Positions 25,785 through 35,736 are shown, counted from the first letter of the stretch. The stretch: DNA of 51,376 bases from a virus (IMGVR_UViG_3300016674_000123:1-51376), one strand, 5' to 3'. Notes: a model not told the origin generated them from the sequence alone. Numbers and translations are program-made.

Positions 25785-28289
25785 TTAAACTTCTACTAAA
25801 TCAAAAAGTGTTGGCACATTGATTTTATATTCTATTGATTTTAAATAGAATAATCCATCATCATAATACTCAGGCTTTAACTCTGTACTTATAGCACCTC
25901 TTCCCATTTCTAAAGCTTTGTAAGCTGTTGAAAACAAACCTCCGAACGGGTCATCTACCAAATCACCTTTCATCGTGAATCTTTCAATTAGCCTTTCAAT
26001 TATATCTAATTGCAAAGGACAAATGTGCTTTTCTCTTTTTCTGTTGGCTTGGTTTGCATTTAAGGTGTTCATTCTGTTTACATCCGTCCAAACTAAATCA
26101 GAAGGAGAGGTTGGAGGTATAGTCATAAACAAACGGCTTAATTTTCCAGCTTTTTCTAAATCAGAACAAACCCTTAAATGTTCCTGAAAGTCGTATAAGT
26201 TTTTTTTATCAAAATCTCTCCATCTGTTAAAAACGGATTTCATATCTGACGCTGTTAATTCCTCACTACTGATAAATCTATTACCTGAAGACTTCCAATA
26301 AGCGTGAGCGTCTAATTGCCATCTGTCAATTGGATATTCATTTTTTGCTTTCACACAAGGTTCGTCAGCGTAAGCATTATTGCTTTCTGATGGTTTTTTT
26401 CTGAATAATAAAATATATTCAGGAAGTCCAACTCCCATTTTAGTTGCATCCTTGCATTGCTCCGACCATCCTAAACGATAAGTTTGATTATTTTCTCTAA
26501 CCACATCTGTTGTAACTGTTATTTTTCCAACAAGATAAAAACCATGTTTAACAAAATGAGCAACTGTTTTTCCTGAGAAGTCATCTATTGTAGTAAATGA
26601 TGTTCCGTTTTGATAGCTGTAACGAATTCTGTCTTTCACATGAATAGCTGCTATTTTACCAGGTTTTAATGTTCTTAATAGATTTGGAGTTAAAAAATCC
26701 ATTTGTTTAAAGAACTCATCATTTCCGTGATTATGCCCCATATCGTTATAGTTATCGCTATATTCGTAATGGTCTCCAAAAGGAATTGAAGTTAAAATCA
26801 TATCGGTAGAATTATCTTCCATTTCTTGGTGAATAACTACTGTATCTTCATTAAAAACTGTTGCGTTTCCAATTTTTGCGTGTCTTCTATTTTCAAAAAT
26901 TTGTCTTTTCATGTCTGCTGTAATTTTATCTGTATTTAGTCCATATTCTCGAACTATGTTTATCATTTCTGTTTGTAACTCAATATGATTTCGCCATTTT
27001 TCTTTTAATGTTTTAAGTACCTCACGTTCATTATTTGTGAAAATTGCATAAACATTAACTTCATTTTCTTGACGAAATCTATAACAGCGGTGAATAGCTT
27101 GTATGAAATTATTGAACTTGTAGTCTATACCAACAAAAACCATATCAGAACAAGCATGTTGAAAATTACATCCGCTTCCAGCTATTTCTGGTTTAGTTGA
27201 AAGAATCTGAAACTTTGAATGTTTAAAATCAATCAAAGTATTTTCTTTTTCAGTATTTGACTGTGATCCATAAACAGATTTTAAATCAAAATCTTTAAAC
27301 TTTTTTTCAAGTTCAGCTCGCTCACTTTCTCTATGGTGCCATAGAATCCAATTTGCATTTGGTTTTTCATTCACCAAATCAAATGTCTTTTTAACCCTTA
27401 TTTCGATACTTTCCTTTTTCTCTCTTGAAGTATCAACAAGGCTTTTTGTAGTATCTTTAAATAAAACTATTTTTCCTTCTTTATTGGTTACAATACCATC
27501 TGGAGTATTCTCAATTTCAATTTCATGAAAATTTAATTTAGGTAAATTATAACCTGTATCATCATAACCTAAATCTGATGGCTTATTAATGAAAACAGCC
27601 CACGTTGAAACCCATTTCCAAAACTCCTCTTTTTTGTTTTCGTACAAAGTAAGATGTCCTGCTTTTGTTGAATCTCTTTGAAAAAATCTTGTAAGGGCAT
27701 GTCCTCTATCAATTACCCCTAAATAATCAGCGTAATTTAAAATCTCTATAAAATCATTTGGAGTTGGTGTAGCTGTTGTTACAAATCGATAGTTTATTTT
27801 ACTGAAATGCTTTAAAACATAATTTGTTGTTTCTGTTTTTAGATTTCTAAGAATAGAGGCTTCATCAAAAGAAACACCGCCAAAACATTCTGGATTTATA
27901 TCTCCTTTACGAACTCTTTCGTAATTTGTTAGATATATTGCTAATTCTGAAGAATCAAATTCATCTGTATCAGTAATATATTTTACTTGGTATTTAGCAC
28001 CTAAAAGTTCGTTATCGTCTCTGAATTCTCCAACAACACCTAAAGGCATACAAATAAGAAAAGGTTTTTTTGTTTTATCAATTATTAATCTTGCAATTTC
28101 TAATTGCATAAGTGTTTTTCCAAGTCCAAAACTCGCGAAAATAGCTCTACGACCTCCAGAAATAGCCCAATGAATAATGTCTTTTTGATGCGGTAATGCA
28201 ATTGGATTTATATCGTTTTTATCGATTTCTGTTCCAAAAGTTCCAGCTACTACTATTTTTTTTTCTAAAAATTCTAAATATTCGCTCAT
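25785..28289 (-). CDS. SNF2-like helicase fused to N4/N6 DNA methyltransferase
   Basis: GLGKT, FDEAS, TATP and QAIHRCYRF helicase motifs; TSIPF, HICPL and DPFGG methyltransferase motifs. Confidence 0.9.
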   Translation of the reverse strand: MSEYLEFLEKKIVVAGTFGTEIDKNDINPIALPHQKDIIHWAISGGRRAIFASFGLGKTLMQLEIARLIIDKTKKPFLICMPLGVVGEFRDDNELLGAKYQVKYITDTDEFDSSELAIYLTNYERVRKGDINPECFGGVSFDEASILRNLKTETTNYVLKHFSKINYRFVTTATPTPNDFIEILNYADYLGVIDRGHALTRFFQRDSTKAGHLTLYENKKEEFWKWVSTWAVFINKPSDLGYDDTGYNLPKLNFHEIEIENTPDGIVTNKEGKIVLFKDTTKSLVDTSREKKESIEIRVKKTFDLVNEKPNANWILWHHRESERAELEKKFKDFDLKSVYGSQSNTEKENTLIDFKHSKFQILSTKPEIAGSGCNFQHACSDMVFVGIDYKFNNFIQAIHRCYRFRQENEVNVYAIFTNNEREVLKTLKEKWRNHIELQTEMINIVREYGLNTDKITADMKRQIFENRRHAKIGNATVFNEDTVVIHQEMEDNSTDMILTSIPFGDHYEYSDNYNDMGHNHGNDEFFKQMDFLTPNLLRTLKPGKIAAIHVKDRIRYSYQNGTSFTTIDDFSGKTVAHFVKHGFYLVGKITVTTDVVRENNQTYRLGWSEQCKDATKMGVGLPEYILLFRKKPSESNNAYADEPCVKAKNEYPIDRWQLDAHAYWKSSGNRFISSEELTASDMKSVFNRWRDFDKKNLYDFQEHLRVCSDLEKAGKLSRLFMTIPPTSPSDLVWTDVNRMNTLNANQANRKREKHICPLQLDIIERLIERFTMKGDLVDDPFGGLFSTAYKALEMGRGAISTELKPEYYDDGLFYLKSIEYKINVPTLFDLVEV

Positions 28290-28325
28290 ATATGGATATA
28301 AGTATTATTATCGCTTGTTAGTTGA

Positions 28326-28341
28326 AGCAATATTGGGTTGA
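28326..28341 (-). promoter_or_regulatory. 16-bp motif TCAACCCAATATTGCT, copy 2
   Basis: Identical to 19593-19608. Confidence 0.6.
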
Positions 28342-28370
28342 TAAATGATACTGTGAAAGGAATTTTTTAC

Positions 28371-28802
28371 TTATCTGCCATAGATAAGCATAAACGCATC
28401 CCTTTGTTCCTGATTGGTTCTAAAGGTGATACCAGTTAGCTTTTTGAAGAAGTCGCTATCTTTTTTTGAGTTGGTTGGTTTAACTTTTACATGTGGGATA
28501 TTTAAGTACTCGCACATTTCACAAATTTTCTTTGCGGTTTCAAAGTTTGCACCGGTGTATTCTCCTATTTTAGCATTGAAAGCAGCACTTTTTCCTGCTT
28601 TTTTATGCCAATTTGATTTATTTAAAAATCCGCATTCAACGTAAACAGTTGGTTTTCTTTCCTTTTCTCTATAAAATTTCAAGTAATCAAATAGTTTAAA
28701 GAAAGTAAGGTTATCAAGTGTTACGTTGTTACCGTCTATTATGGCCACTCCTGATTTATCTACATCAGGATCAATACCAATTAAAAATTTATCTTTTGAC
28801 AT
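28371..28802 (-). CDS. RuvC-like (RNase H fold) Holliday junction resolvase
   Basis: IGIDPD..SGVA, VYVE and QRDA motifs; likely start MSKDKF. Confidence 0.75.
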   Translation of the reverse strand: MSKDKFLIGIDPDVDKSGVAIIDGNNVTLDNLTFFKLFDYLKFYREKERKPTVYVECGFLNKSNWHKKAGKSAAFNAKIGEYTGANFETAKKICEMCEYLNIPHVKVKPTNSKKDSDFFKKLTGITFRTNQEQRDAFMLIYGR

Positions 28803-28867
28803 TGTTGTTTTCTGATTTTTGGCACTCACATACTTCACAAGCACCATTGCAATTATCTTTTTTCATA

Positions 28868-29953
28868 TTATTTCCTAAATGATTTACCTTTAAATTCAAT
28901 GATATTAAACATTTCAAACATTCTATCGTAAATATGCCCTCCGTATCTAACACCGCACTCCTGAATAGCAAAGTCAATGTTGTTTGGGTAGTCTTCGTGA
29001 AAATTCATTGAACCAAAAGATTTGGTTTTATTAAATTTTTCATCTGAATATTTTTTCTGATTGTTATAACGTTTCTCTAAAATTGACTTAACAACATTAG
29101 TTATACCGAAGTTAGAAGCATCTTTTTCGCGTTTCATGTCATCAAGAAATAAATTTCCATTTGAATATTTAGAGAAAAACATTTCCTTTTCTTGACCTGT
29201 TTTTAAAAATTCATACTCAGTTGCTAATGATTCTGTAGTTTTAAATCTAAATTTTAATCGATTCCAGTCTCCTGAAGTATCCCATTTTTCCTTTAAAGAA
29301 TATTCACAATAATAATTTATCATGTACTCAAGCGCTTTCATTACAGAAGTTTTTCCATTACCCACATTACCAATAAGTAATAAGCCTTTTTTGAATGATG
29401 GCTGTAAGGTTTTATTTCCAATAACTTTTACTGAATTTTCAGCATCAAAAAAAGTATGATCATAAGCGAAATATTTTATAATTGGCTCTATGTTTTTTAT
29501 TGATTCCTGATTTATAATAAAATCAACACCGTTCAAAAATTTGTATGCAGTTAAGAAATTCTTGTATATTGTTTTTTTATCAGGAATTAATCCGTCTTTT
29601 AATTCTGGAACTTCTTTATTGTTTGAAAATAATTTATCCCAATAATCAAGTTCTTTTTTAAAACCATCTTCTTTTTTCTCAAACTTATTTTCATAATTTT
29701 CGATTTGCTTTAATTCAAAATCAGATAGTTTTTTTTGTTCTTTATCAGAGTTCATAAAATTGTAATTATTAAAATCACTTCTTTTTTGAATCAGCTGATT
29801 ATATTTTCTAATTCCGATGAATTCATTATCAAAATCTAAAATCTTTTTTTCTGGAAAATAAAACTTCAAATCTTCATCATTTAAATTTGGATATTGTGAT
29901 CTCAACTCATCCAGAGAAACTTTCACAAATTCTTGTTGCTGCAATTCTTTCAT
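28868..29953 (-). CDS. DnaC/IstB-like AAA+ ATPase (helicase loader)
   Basis: KGLLLIGNVGNGKT, LFLDD and RYG..IYDRMFEMFN; follows the initiator; likely start MKELQQ. Confidence 0.85.
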   Translation of the reverse strand: MKELQQQEFVKVSLDELRSQYPNLNDEDLKFYFPEKKILDFDNEFIGIRKYNQLIQKRSDFNNYNFMNSDKEQKKLSDFELKQIENYENKFEKKEDGFKKELDYWDKLFSNNKEVPELKDGLIPDKKTIYKNFLTAYKFLNGVDFIINQESIKNIEPIIKYFAYDHTFFDAENSVKVIGNKTLQPSFKKGLLLIGNVGNGKTSVMKALEYMINYYCEYSLKEKWDTSGDWNRLKFRFKTTESLATEYEFLKTGQEKEMFFSKYSNGNLFLDDMKREKDASNFGITNVVKSILEKRYNNQKKYSDEKFNKTKSFGSMNFHEDYPNNIDFAIQECGVRYGGHIYDRMFEMFNIIEFKGKSFRK

Positions 29954-29955
29954 AA

Positions 29956-30675
29956 TTAATTTTTTGAAATTAAATCTCCTTTTATTTTTGATGGTTTTGA
30001 ATTTTTTGGAAGCCAATTAATAAAATGCGAAATGAATTCTGATTTATTGTAATGTAATTTTTCAATTGTCCTTAAAAACAATTCAAATTCATCTAATTTT
30101 TCAGAAACTAAATCGATAGTAATTTTTTGTTGCATTGCAACTGTTTCAATCCAAGTTTGAGATTCATTTTTTAAAGAAAATAAATGCTCTAAATTTTTTT
30201 TGTTGTCGAAGATTTTTTCTTTTTCTTCTTCATTGTTAATTGGTAAATTGGTAATTGGTATATTTGTCTTATTATACTCACCGTGCGTTGTAAGGTGCGT
30301 TGTAAGGTGCGTTGTAATGTGCTTTGATACGTGCTTTGTGTTTGCTTTATCATATGCTTTGTAATTTGCTTTGTAATTTTCTTTCAAAGCAACCACGTTA
30401 CTTGAGTGCTGATTTTTGGAATATTGGATAACTTCTATAAACCCAAAATCAACTAAATCATCAAAAGTTTTCTTATAAACTGAATAGCTTTTAATTCCAA
30501 TAGCATCTAATACCATTGAAGCAGGAAGTCCGAATTTTTGCTTCCAACCTAATCTATTACAATGTTCAACTGTAAAAGCATAAAGAGCACAATGCACGGG
30601 TTTAATTACCTCTGGGTTTTCAAAAGCAAAATCCCAAAAAGCTCTCATTAAAGAATAGTAATCAAGTTTTGCCAT
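29956..30675 (-). CDS. phage replication initiator
   Basis: N-terminal winged-helix-like region, repeat-encoded linker, HFINWL C-terminus; precedes the loader ATPase. Confidence 0.8.
   Translation of the reverse strand: MAKLDYYSLMRAFWDFAFENPEVIKPVHCALYAFTVEHCNRLGWKQKFGLPASMVLDAIGIKSYSVYKKTFDDLVDFGFIEVIQYSKNQHSSNVVALKENYKANYKAYDKANTKHVSKHITTHLTTHLTTHGEYNKTNIPITNLPINNEEEKEKIFDNKKNLEHLFSLKNESQTWIETVAMQQKITIDLVSEKLDEFELFLRTIEKLHYNKSEFISHFINWLPKNSKPSKIKGDLISKN
30283..30386. repeat. 12-bp iteron-like tandem repeats, putative origin
   Basis: GTGCGTTGTAA(G/T) x3, then degenerate TGCTTTG-type units at about 12-bp period, inside the initiator gene. Confidence 0.75.
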
Positions 30676-30844
30676 TAGTTAATATGTTATTTTTTAAATA
30701 TTCTCTTTCTATTTCAGTAAGGGTGTGTGAAGTATAAATGGTTTTATCAACTATTTGTATTTTTACCTCAACACCGCTATCTCTAAAAATATAAAAAGTG
30801 TTTTCTTCGTGGAAAGAACCACAAATAGTTATTTTATTTTCCAT
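30662..30844 (-). CDS. hypothetical protein
   Basis: 60-aa ORF. Confidence 0.55.
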   Translation of the reverse strand: MENKITICGSFHEENTFYIFRDSGVEVKIQIVDKTIYTSHTLTEIEREYLKNNILTNGKT

Positions 30845-30849
30845 TTATT

Positions 30850-32010
30850 CTACTTTTGAAAAGGGACGTTTGTTAATTGACGGCCATTATTCCAAATTGA
30901 AAATCCGTTTTGATTTTCAATGATTTTCATGGTTTCAATTTTCCCGAAAAAATTTAAGTTTCCACCCATATCAACAACCCAACCTTTTTTCTTTTCTCCG
31001 TTTTGGTAAGTATAAATTCTCATTACTCTACCAACTATTTGATAGAACAAGGATAAACTCATAGTTGAACGGGCAATTAATACGGCTTCTAGGGCAGGAT
31101 AATCAAAACCTGTAGTAAGTACTCCAACATTGATTAAACATTTGATTTTTCCGTTCTTAAATTGGCTTAAAATACGCTCACGTTCTTGCTTCTTTGTATC
31201 TCCAGTTAGAACTGCAGAACCAGGTATCTTTTTTTGTACTGAAATAGCTTCTTCAATTAGGGAGCAAAAAATCAAACAATTAGCTCTTTTGTTTAGAATT
31301 GTAAAAGCAGTTTTTGCAATTCTCAAAGGCATGTCAATTGATTTATAATATCTTCTTAATGAATTTTGGGTAAAGTCAGTTCCTGAACTATTCACTTCTA
31401 ATTTTGATCTGTCAATTACATCAAAATTATAATACTCTAATTCAGCTAAAAAGCCAGAATTAAAAAGTAAATCATTCTGAACGTAATATAAAACATCATC
31501 AAAAATTCGTGGATTACTTCTGGTTAAGAATGTTAATTGAGGTCCTTCGGAAGTTTGTTCTAATCGGTATGGTGTAGCGGTTAATCCTAATGTTTTAGCC
31601 TCAGGAAAATGCTTGATAAATTCTTGATACATTCCTGCTTCTGAATTTACAAGGTGGCATTCATCTATAAGGATGTTTTTTAATCCTTTGAATAAATGCT
31701 TTTTGTTAATTACTGAACCAATAGTGCAAAAAGTTACTTTATCAATTCTTTTTTCTCCAGCTGATGCGCTATAAATCGATGCTTTGCCGTAATTAGAAAA
31801 CTTTTCGTAATTCTGTTCTAATATTTCTTTGGAAGGTTGGAGGACAACTGTTTTGCCCTCCAATGGTTCCAATATTTTAGCTATTACAACAGACTTACCC
31901 GAACCGGTGGGAAGTATCACTAAAGCACTTCTTTTTTCGGTTTCTGATTTCAGAAAATCAACACTTCTTTGTATTGATTCCGCTTGGTATGGTCTTAGTT
32001 GAAACGCCAT
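30850..32010 (-). CDS. SF2 DEAD/DEAH helicase (RadD/YejH-like)
   Basis: LRPYQ, PTGSGKS, DECH, GLTATP, TTGFD and QIVGRVMR. Confidence 0.92.
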   Translation of the reverse strand: MAFQLRPYQAESIQRSVDFLKSETEKRSALVILPTGSGKSVVIAKILEPLEGKTVVLQPSKEILEQNYEKFSNYGKASIYSASAGEKRIDKVTFCTIGSVINKKHLFKGLKNILIDECHLVNSEAGMYQEFIKHFPEAKTLGLTATPYRLEQTSEGPQLTFLTRSNPRIFDDVLYYVQNDLLFNSGFLAELEYYNFDVIDRSKLEVNSSGTDFTQNSLRRYYKSIDMPLRIAKTAFTILNKRANCLIFCSLIEEAISVQKKIPGSAVLTGDTKKQERERILSQFKNGKIKCLINVGVLTTGFDYPALEAVLIARSTMSLSLFYQIVGRVMRIYTYQNGEKKKGWVVDMGGNLNFFGKIETMKIIENQNGFSIWNNGRQLTNVPFQK

Positions 32011-32011
32011 T

Positions 32012-32620
32012 TTATTCCTCAGATGTTACTTTTCCATTTTCAAAGGCAGCATCTTCTTCTGCAAAAGTCATGTGAATTTGATCTGGATCATCTTGTGGAG
32101 CAGCTTTACCATTTCGGTATTTTTCTACCTCATCAATCAAATCGTAAAGTCTTGTTTTTAATTGGTGTAAGTAGTGGTAATTTCCATCAAGTTTTACTTT
32201 TGGAGTTTCGAACTTGATGCTTCCAGCTCTTACTTGCTTGAAACCAATAAGGATAACCGATTTGTTTTCTTCAACTCCCGAAATTTTGAAACCAGTTACA
32301 GAATAGTTTTCTGTTTCGATTTCTTGTTCTAAATCTTCAATTGTAGAAGAATCTTTGTGACCTGTGTAAGCATCATCTAAATGAGCGAAAAACACGTTCA
32401 TTCTTTCATATGCGCCTTGTAAATCATCATGGATGATATGAACACCTTTATGAGATAGAACATCGCCTTTTGTTGGTCCTTTCAAAAGCTCGTAGGTGTA
32501 ATCACAAAGAGCGTCTTTTATTGCTGCTCCTCTAATTTCAACATCTTTGTCTTGTGATGAAAATAATTCTGCTACTGCGTCTAATTTGTCCGCATCGATG
32601 GTAAAAGTTTGTTTTGCCAT
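32012..32620 (-). CDS. hypothetical acidic phage protein
   Basis: 202-aa ORF. Confidence 0.65.
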   Translation of the reverse strand: MAKQTFTIDADKLDAVAELFSSQDKDVEIRGAAIKDALCDYTYELLKGPTKGDVLSHKGVHIIHDDLQGAYERMNVFFAHLDDAYTGHKDSSTIEDLEQEIETENYSVTGFKISGVEENKSVILIGFKQVRAGSIKFETPKVKLDGNYHYLHQLKTRLYDLIDEVEKYRNGKAAPQDDPDQIHMTFAEEDAAFENGKVTSEE

Positions 32621-32629
32621 TTTATATAA

Positions 32630-32920
32630 TTAATTAGTTAAAAAATACTCTTTAAATTTTCCCTTAACATATTCATCCTGAACGGGTACGTTCCAAATAT
32701 CTTTGAGGTCTTTAATTCTACGTCTCAGGTCGCCAATTCCGTAGTTAAGCAATGCTTTGGTAGTTGTCAGTCTTTCACCTCGTAAAAGTGCCTCATAAAC
32801 GATTTTACATTGATTTGAGAATTTCTCTTTGTTTCTCTCAAAATGTTCTTGATTGCATATTCTATTTTCGGTGTGATGCAATTGAGAAAAATCGATTGCT
32901 ATTTGTTTTTGTGTGTTCAT
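32630..32920 (-). CDS. winged helix-turn-helix protein
   Basis: GERLTT..AL..YGIGDLRRRIKDL. Confidence 0.7.
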   Translation of the reverse strand: MNTQKQIAIDFSQLHHTENRICNQEHFERNKEKFSNQCKIVYEALLRGERLTTTKALLNYGIGDLRRRIKDLKDIWNVPVQDEYVKGKFKEYFLTN

Positions 32921-32937
32921 TTTGAAAATACTTAGGG

Positions 32938-33387
32938 TTAAATAAATTCTTGGTTTTTGTGTTTGCTTATTTCTTGTTCAATTTGGTGCAGCATAACCAA
33001 ATCGGTAGGCTCTGGTAGATAAATTCCGAGTTCCATTGAAGCGAAATTTCTAAATCGGTCAATCGCTAATGTCATTTCCTTTGTGTCTAAAGTTGCCGAA
33101 CTTCTAAATCGTTGCACATGTACTCCAGTAATAGCACCTTCAAACTCTCCTTCGTAGAAAATATCGGAGTTTACATGCTTTTTAAAAATATCTTGTTTTA
33201 CTTCTTCGAGCGTGTAACCTGTTTCGATTGCAAAGGCTGTGAGAATTAAATGGAGATAACTATTTTGAGAAATTGAGCGTTTTGGATACTTGGCTTTTAA
33301 TTCGAATTTTTGCCCTTTAGCAATAAAATATTTTAGTTTTTCAATTGCTTTTTTGCAATCTAATTCGATTTTAGGATTGTAAATCAT
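32938..33387 (-). CDS. NinB/Orf-like recombination accessory protein
   Basis: KRSISQNSYLH, RSSATLDT.EM and GIYLPEP. Confidence 0.7.
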   Translation of the reverse strand: MIYNPKIELDCKKAIEKLKYFIAKGQKFELKAKYPKRSISQNSYLHLILTAFAIETGYTLEEVKQDIFKKHVNSDIFYEGEFEGAITGVHVQRFRSSATLDTKEMTLAIDRFRNFASMELGIYLPEPTDLVMLHQIEQEISKHKNQEFI

Positions 33388-33691
33388 CTTCCCAGTTTTC
33401 TTTAACTTCTTCTGGATAGGCTTGTTTTAAAACCTTGTCGGTTAATTGAACAAGAGATTTCCAGTTATCTACACTTAATGAAATTTGATTTCCATTGTGA
33501 GAAATAACCATCCAACCTTCTAAATCTTCAGTATCTAAATTAACCTCTTGTGTGCACATAATATCGTCATCGATAAATTGCTTTACTTCTTGTGATTGTT
33601 CAAATTTTGGCATAACTTTTTTTGTTTTTATAGAATCTTCAATTACAGCAAAAACCATTGCAAAGAAGAAAATCAAGATTATTGCATCCAT
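33371..33691 (-). CDS. hypothetical protein with N-terminal hydrophobic segment
   Basis: Likely start MDAIIL at 33691. Confidence 0.55.
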   Translation of the reverse strand: MDAIILIFFFAMVFAVIEDSIKTKKVMPKFEQSQEVKQFIDDDIMCTQEVNLDTEDLEGWMVISHNGNQISLSVDNWKSLVQLTDKVLKQAYPEEVKENWEDDLQS

Positions 33692-33692
33692 A

Positions 33693-34433
33693 CTAAAAAG
33701 GTGTTTTGTTAAAATTGATTTCCATTCCGTTAACTGCTGCACAAACATTTTTGTACGTTAACTCGGTAACCTCTTTTACAAATTGTTTTTCATCGGAATT
33801 ACTATCCGATAAGTGGATAAGCACAATGTTATTTACTTGGCGCAAATCATTTGCTTTCAGCATGTCTTTGCAATTAGCTAATGAGAAGTGCGATTTTAAA
33901 ATTCGGTTTCTCAAAAATTCCTTGTCGCTATCAGGTCCAAACTTTTTATCAATGATTTCCTTTGAATAGTTGGCTTCAATGATAATGTTGTTTAGTCCAG
34001 GAAAGGTGTACTTGCAATAGTAGGTGTCGGTTAGGAATAAAACTTTTCCGCAGTCTGGGTGCTCGATTAAGAAACCTAAAGGTTGAGCTGCATCGTGCTT
34101 TACATCAAAAGGAAGAATTTTAAAGTTTCCTATTTGAATGTTTTTCTTATTGTGCAATTCTTTAACTCTATGCTCTCCAACCAAACTCCTTGCTTTTATA
34201 GTTCCATAAGAAGCGTAAACGTCAACTCCGTTTAACATCAACTCATACATTGATTTAGCATGGTCCATGTGTTCATGAGTAACAATACAACCTACAACCT
34301 TTGATAAATCGAAATCTAATGCTTGCTTGATTTCTTTTATGTTTACTCCTGCTTCAATCAAAAGTGCTTCATCCCCATTGCTGAGGATGTAAGCATTACC
34401 TTTTGAGCCTGTTCCAATGACTTTAAGTTTCAT
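33693..34433 (-). CDS. metallo-beta-lactamase fold hydrolase (YycJ-like exonuclease)
   Basis: GSKGN, THEHMDH, HDA, TDT, EANY and HLS. Confidence 0.92.
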   Translation of the reverse strand: MKLKVIGTGSKGNAYILSNGDEALLIEAGVNIKEIKQALDFDLSKVVGCIVTHEHMDHAKSMYELMLNGVDVYASYGTIKARSLVGEHRVKELHNKKNIQIGNFKILPFDVKHDAAQPLGFLIEHPDCGKVLFLTDTYYCKYTFPGLNNIIIEANYSKEIIDKKFGPDSDKEFLRNRILKSHFSLANCKDMLKANDLRQVNNIVLIHLSDSNSDEKQFVKEVTELTYKNVCAAVNGMEINFNKTPF

Positions 34434-35503
34434 TAGAAGCCTGGTTCTTTTGGTGTTTCTTTCACTTCTTTAAAAAGAGTTTCTTGCGGTTGCTCTGCTT
34501 CTGGAGAAACAATAACCGCATCTTCAACAACTGCTTCTTCAACTTTTGAAGTATCGAAATTCAAAGGCTCTTTGTTGGCTTCTGTTTTGATTTCGTTTTG
34601 CACAAATTCAGAAACATCCTCTTTTGGAGTTTGTTCACCTTCAACTAAAATTTTCTGAATATTATCGTCAATTTTTTGACTATCAATATTTATAGCATCC
34701 CAAGCAGCACGTTTAATGGTTTTCCATACCATTTCATCTTTCCAGCCTTCAACTTGCTCTTTTCCTGCTTTTTTGCCATTTTCCCATTTGTCTTTTTCTC
34801 CACCCCAGAATTCAGCAGAAGCAGTTTTTGGAATTCTTTTTTCAATATCTTTCATTGAAAAAACTCTCAATTTGTTTTTCTCGGGATTTTCGAAATAAAC
34901 GTGGTAATAATAACCTCCAATAATTTCTCCTTTGTCAAAGGCATTTTCAGAAGGTTTATGAGTAAAACTTTCTTTTCTGTTTTCTGAATCCTTGAAAATA
35001 GGAACAAAAGTTTCTTTAGAATAAACCAACTTAACAATCACATCGTCTGGAACTTCAAAACCATATTTTTTAGCAACCAATTCAATTCCGTTATATCCCT
35101 TAGTAAAACTAATATCGTACTTATTTAAAGCACTATTTTTATAAGGAATTGGATGTAAATGGTTTTTTTGCATTGGATCTAAACCTACCGAACTATAAGC
35201 AACTACATCTACTGCAAGCTTATTCATGTTTACATTTTCCCAAGTATAAGCTAATACGTCTCGGAATTGTTCGCTTTTAGCCATTCTTTTAATTTCAGCA
35301 GCCTTAAGCATTTGGTCAATCTTAATAAAATAACTTTGACTTAATCGCTTTTGAAATGGAGTGATTTGAACTTCTCCATTATCTTGGGAGAAATTCTTTA
35401 ATACCGCAGCAGTAAATCTTTCGCTTGGTGATGCTGATACTGCATTTGCTAAAGCATTTTTTTGTGTTTTAGCAACGTCTTTTGTTTCGCCTTGTGCGCT
35501 CAT
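34433..35503 (-). CDS. RecT-family single-strand annealing protein
   Basis: GLDP, IPY, GYNG and W.DEM..KT motifs; lies between the SMC-like ATPase and MBL nuclease. Confidence 0.8.
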   Translation of the reverse strand: MSAQGETKDVAKTQKNALANAVSASPSERFTAAVLKNFSQDNGEVQITPFQKRLSQSYFIKIDQMLKAAEIKRMAKSEQFRDVLAYTWENVNMNKLAVDVVAYSSVGLDPMQKNHLHPIPYKNSALNKYDISFTKGYNGIELVAKKYGFEVPDDVIVKLVYSKETFVPIFKDSENRKESFTHKPSENAFDKGEIIGGYYYHVYFENPEKNKLRVFSMKDIEKRIPKTASAEFWGGEKDKWENGKKAGKEQVEGWKDEMVWKTIKRAAWDAINIDSQKIDDNIQKILVEGEQTPKEDVSEFVQNEIKTEANKEPLNFDTSKVEEAVVEDAVIVSPEAEQPQETLFKEVKETPKEPGF

Positions 35504-35514
35504 TTTGATAAATA

Positions 35515-35736
35515 TTAAATTTCTATTGTTAACTGATTATTTTGATTTGGTAATTCATCGGCTTTTTTACATTTGATTTCTGGAATATCAAAGCCGTATT
35601 TTTGGATTTCTTGTGGTGTGTTTTGGTTGTGTGGGCAGTTTGCAGTACAATCAAAACTTCCAATTTTAACTCCAACGTTGACTGGGCAATCTTCTATTAC
35701 CCAGCCGTCGAAGTTTCTTTTAACCTTGTAAGCCAT
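35515..35736 (-). CDS. hypothetical Cys-containing protein
   Basis: CP...IGS.DC...CP. Confidence 0.6.
   Translation of the reverse strand: MAYKVKRNFDGWVIEDCPVNVGVKIGSFDCTANCPHNQNTPQEIQKYGFDIPEIKCKKADELPNQNNQLTIEI

Noticed and set aside
30283-30386. CRISPR array or DGR repeats
   Set aside because: Units are 12-bp tandem repeats without spacers; no cas or reverse transcriptase gene was recognised in the genome
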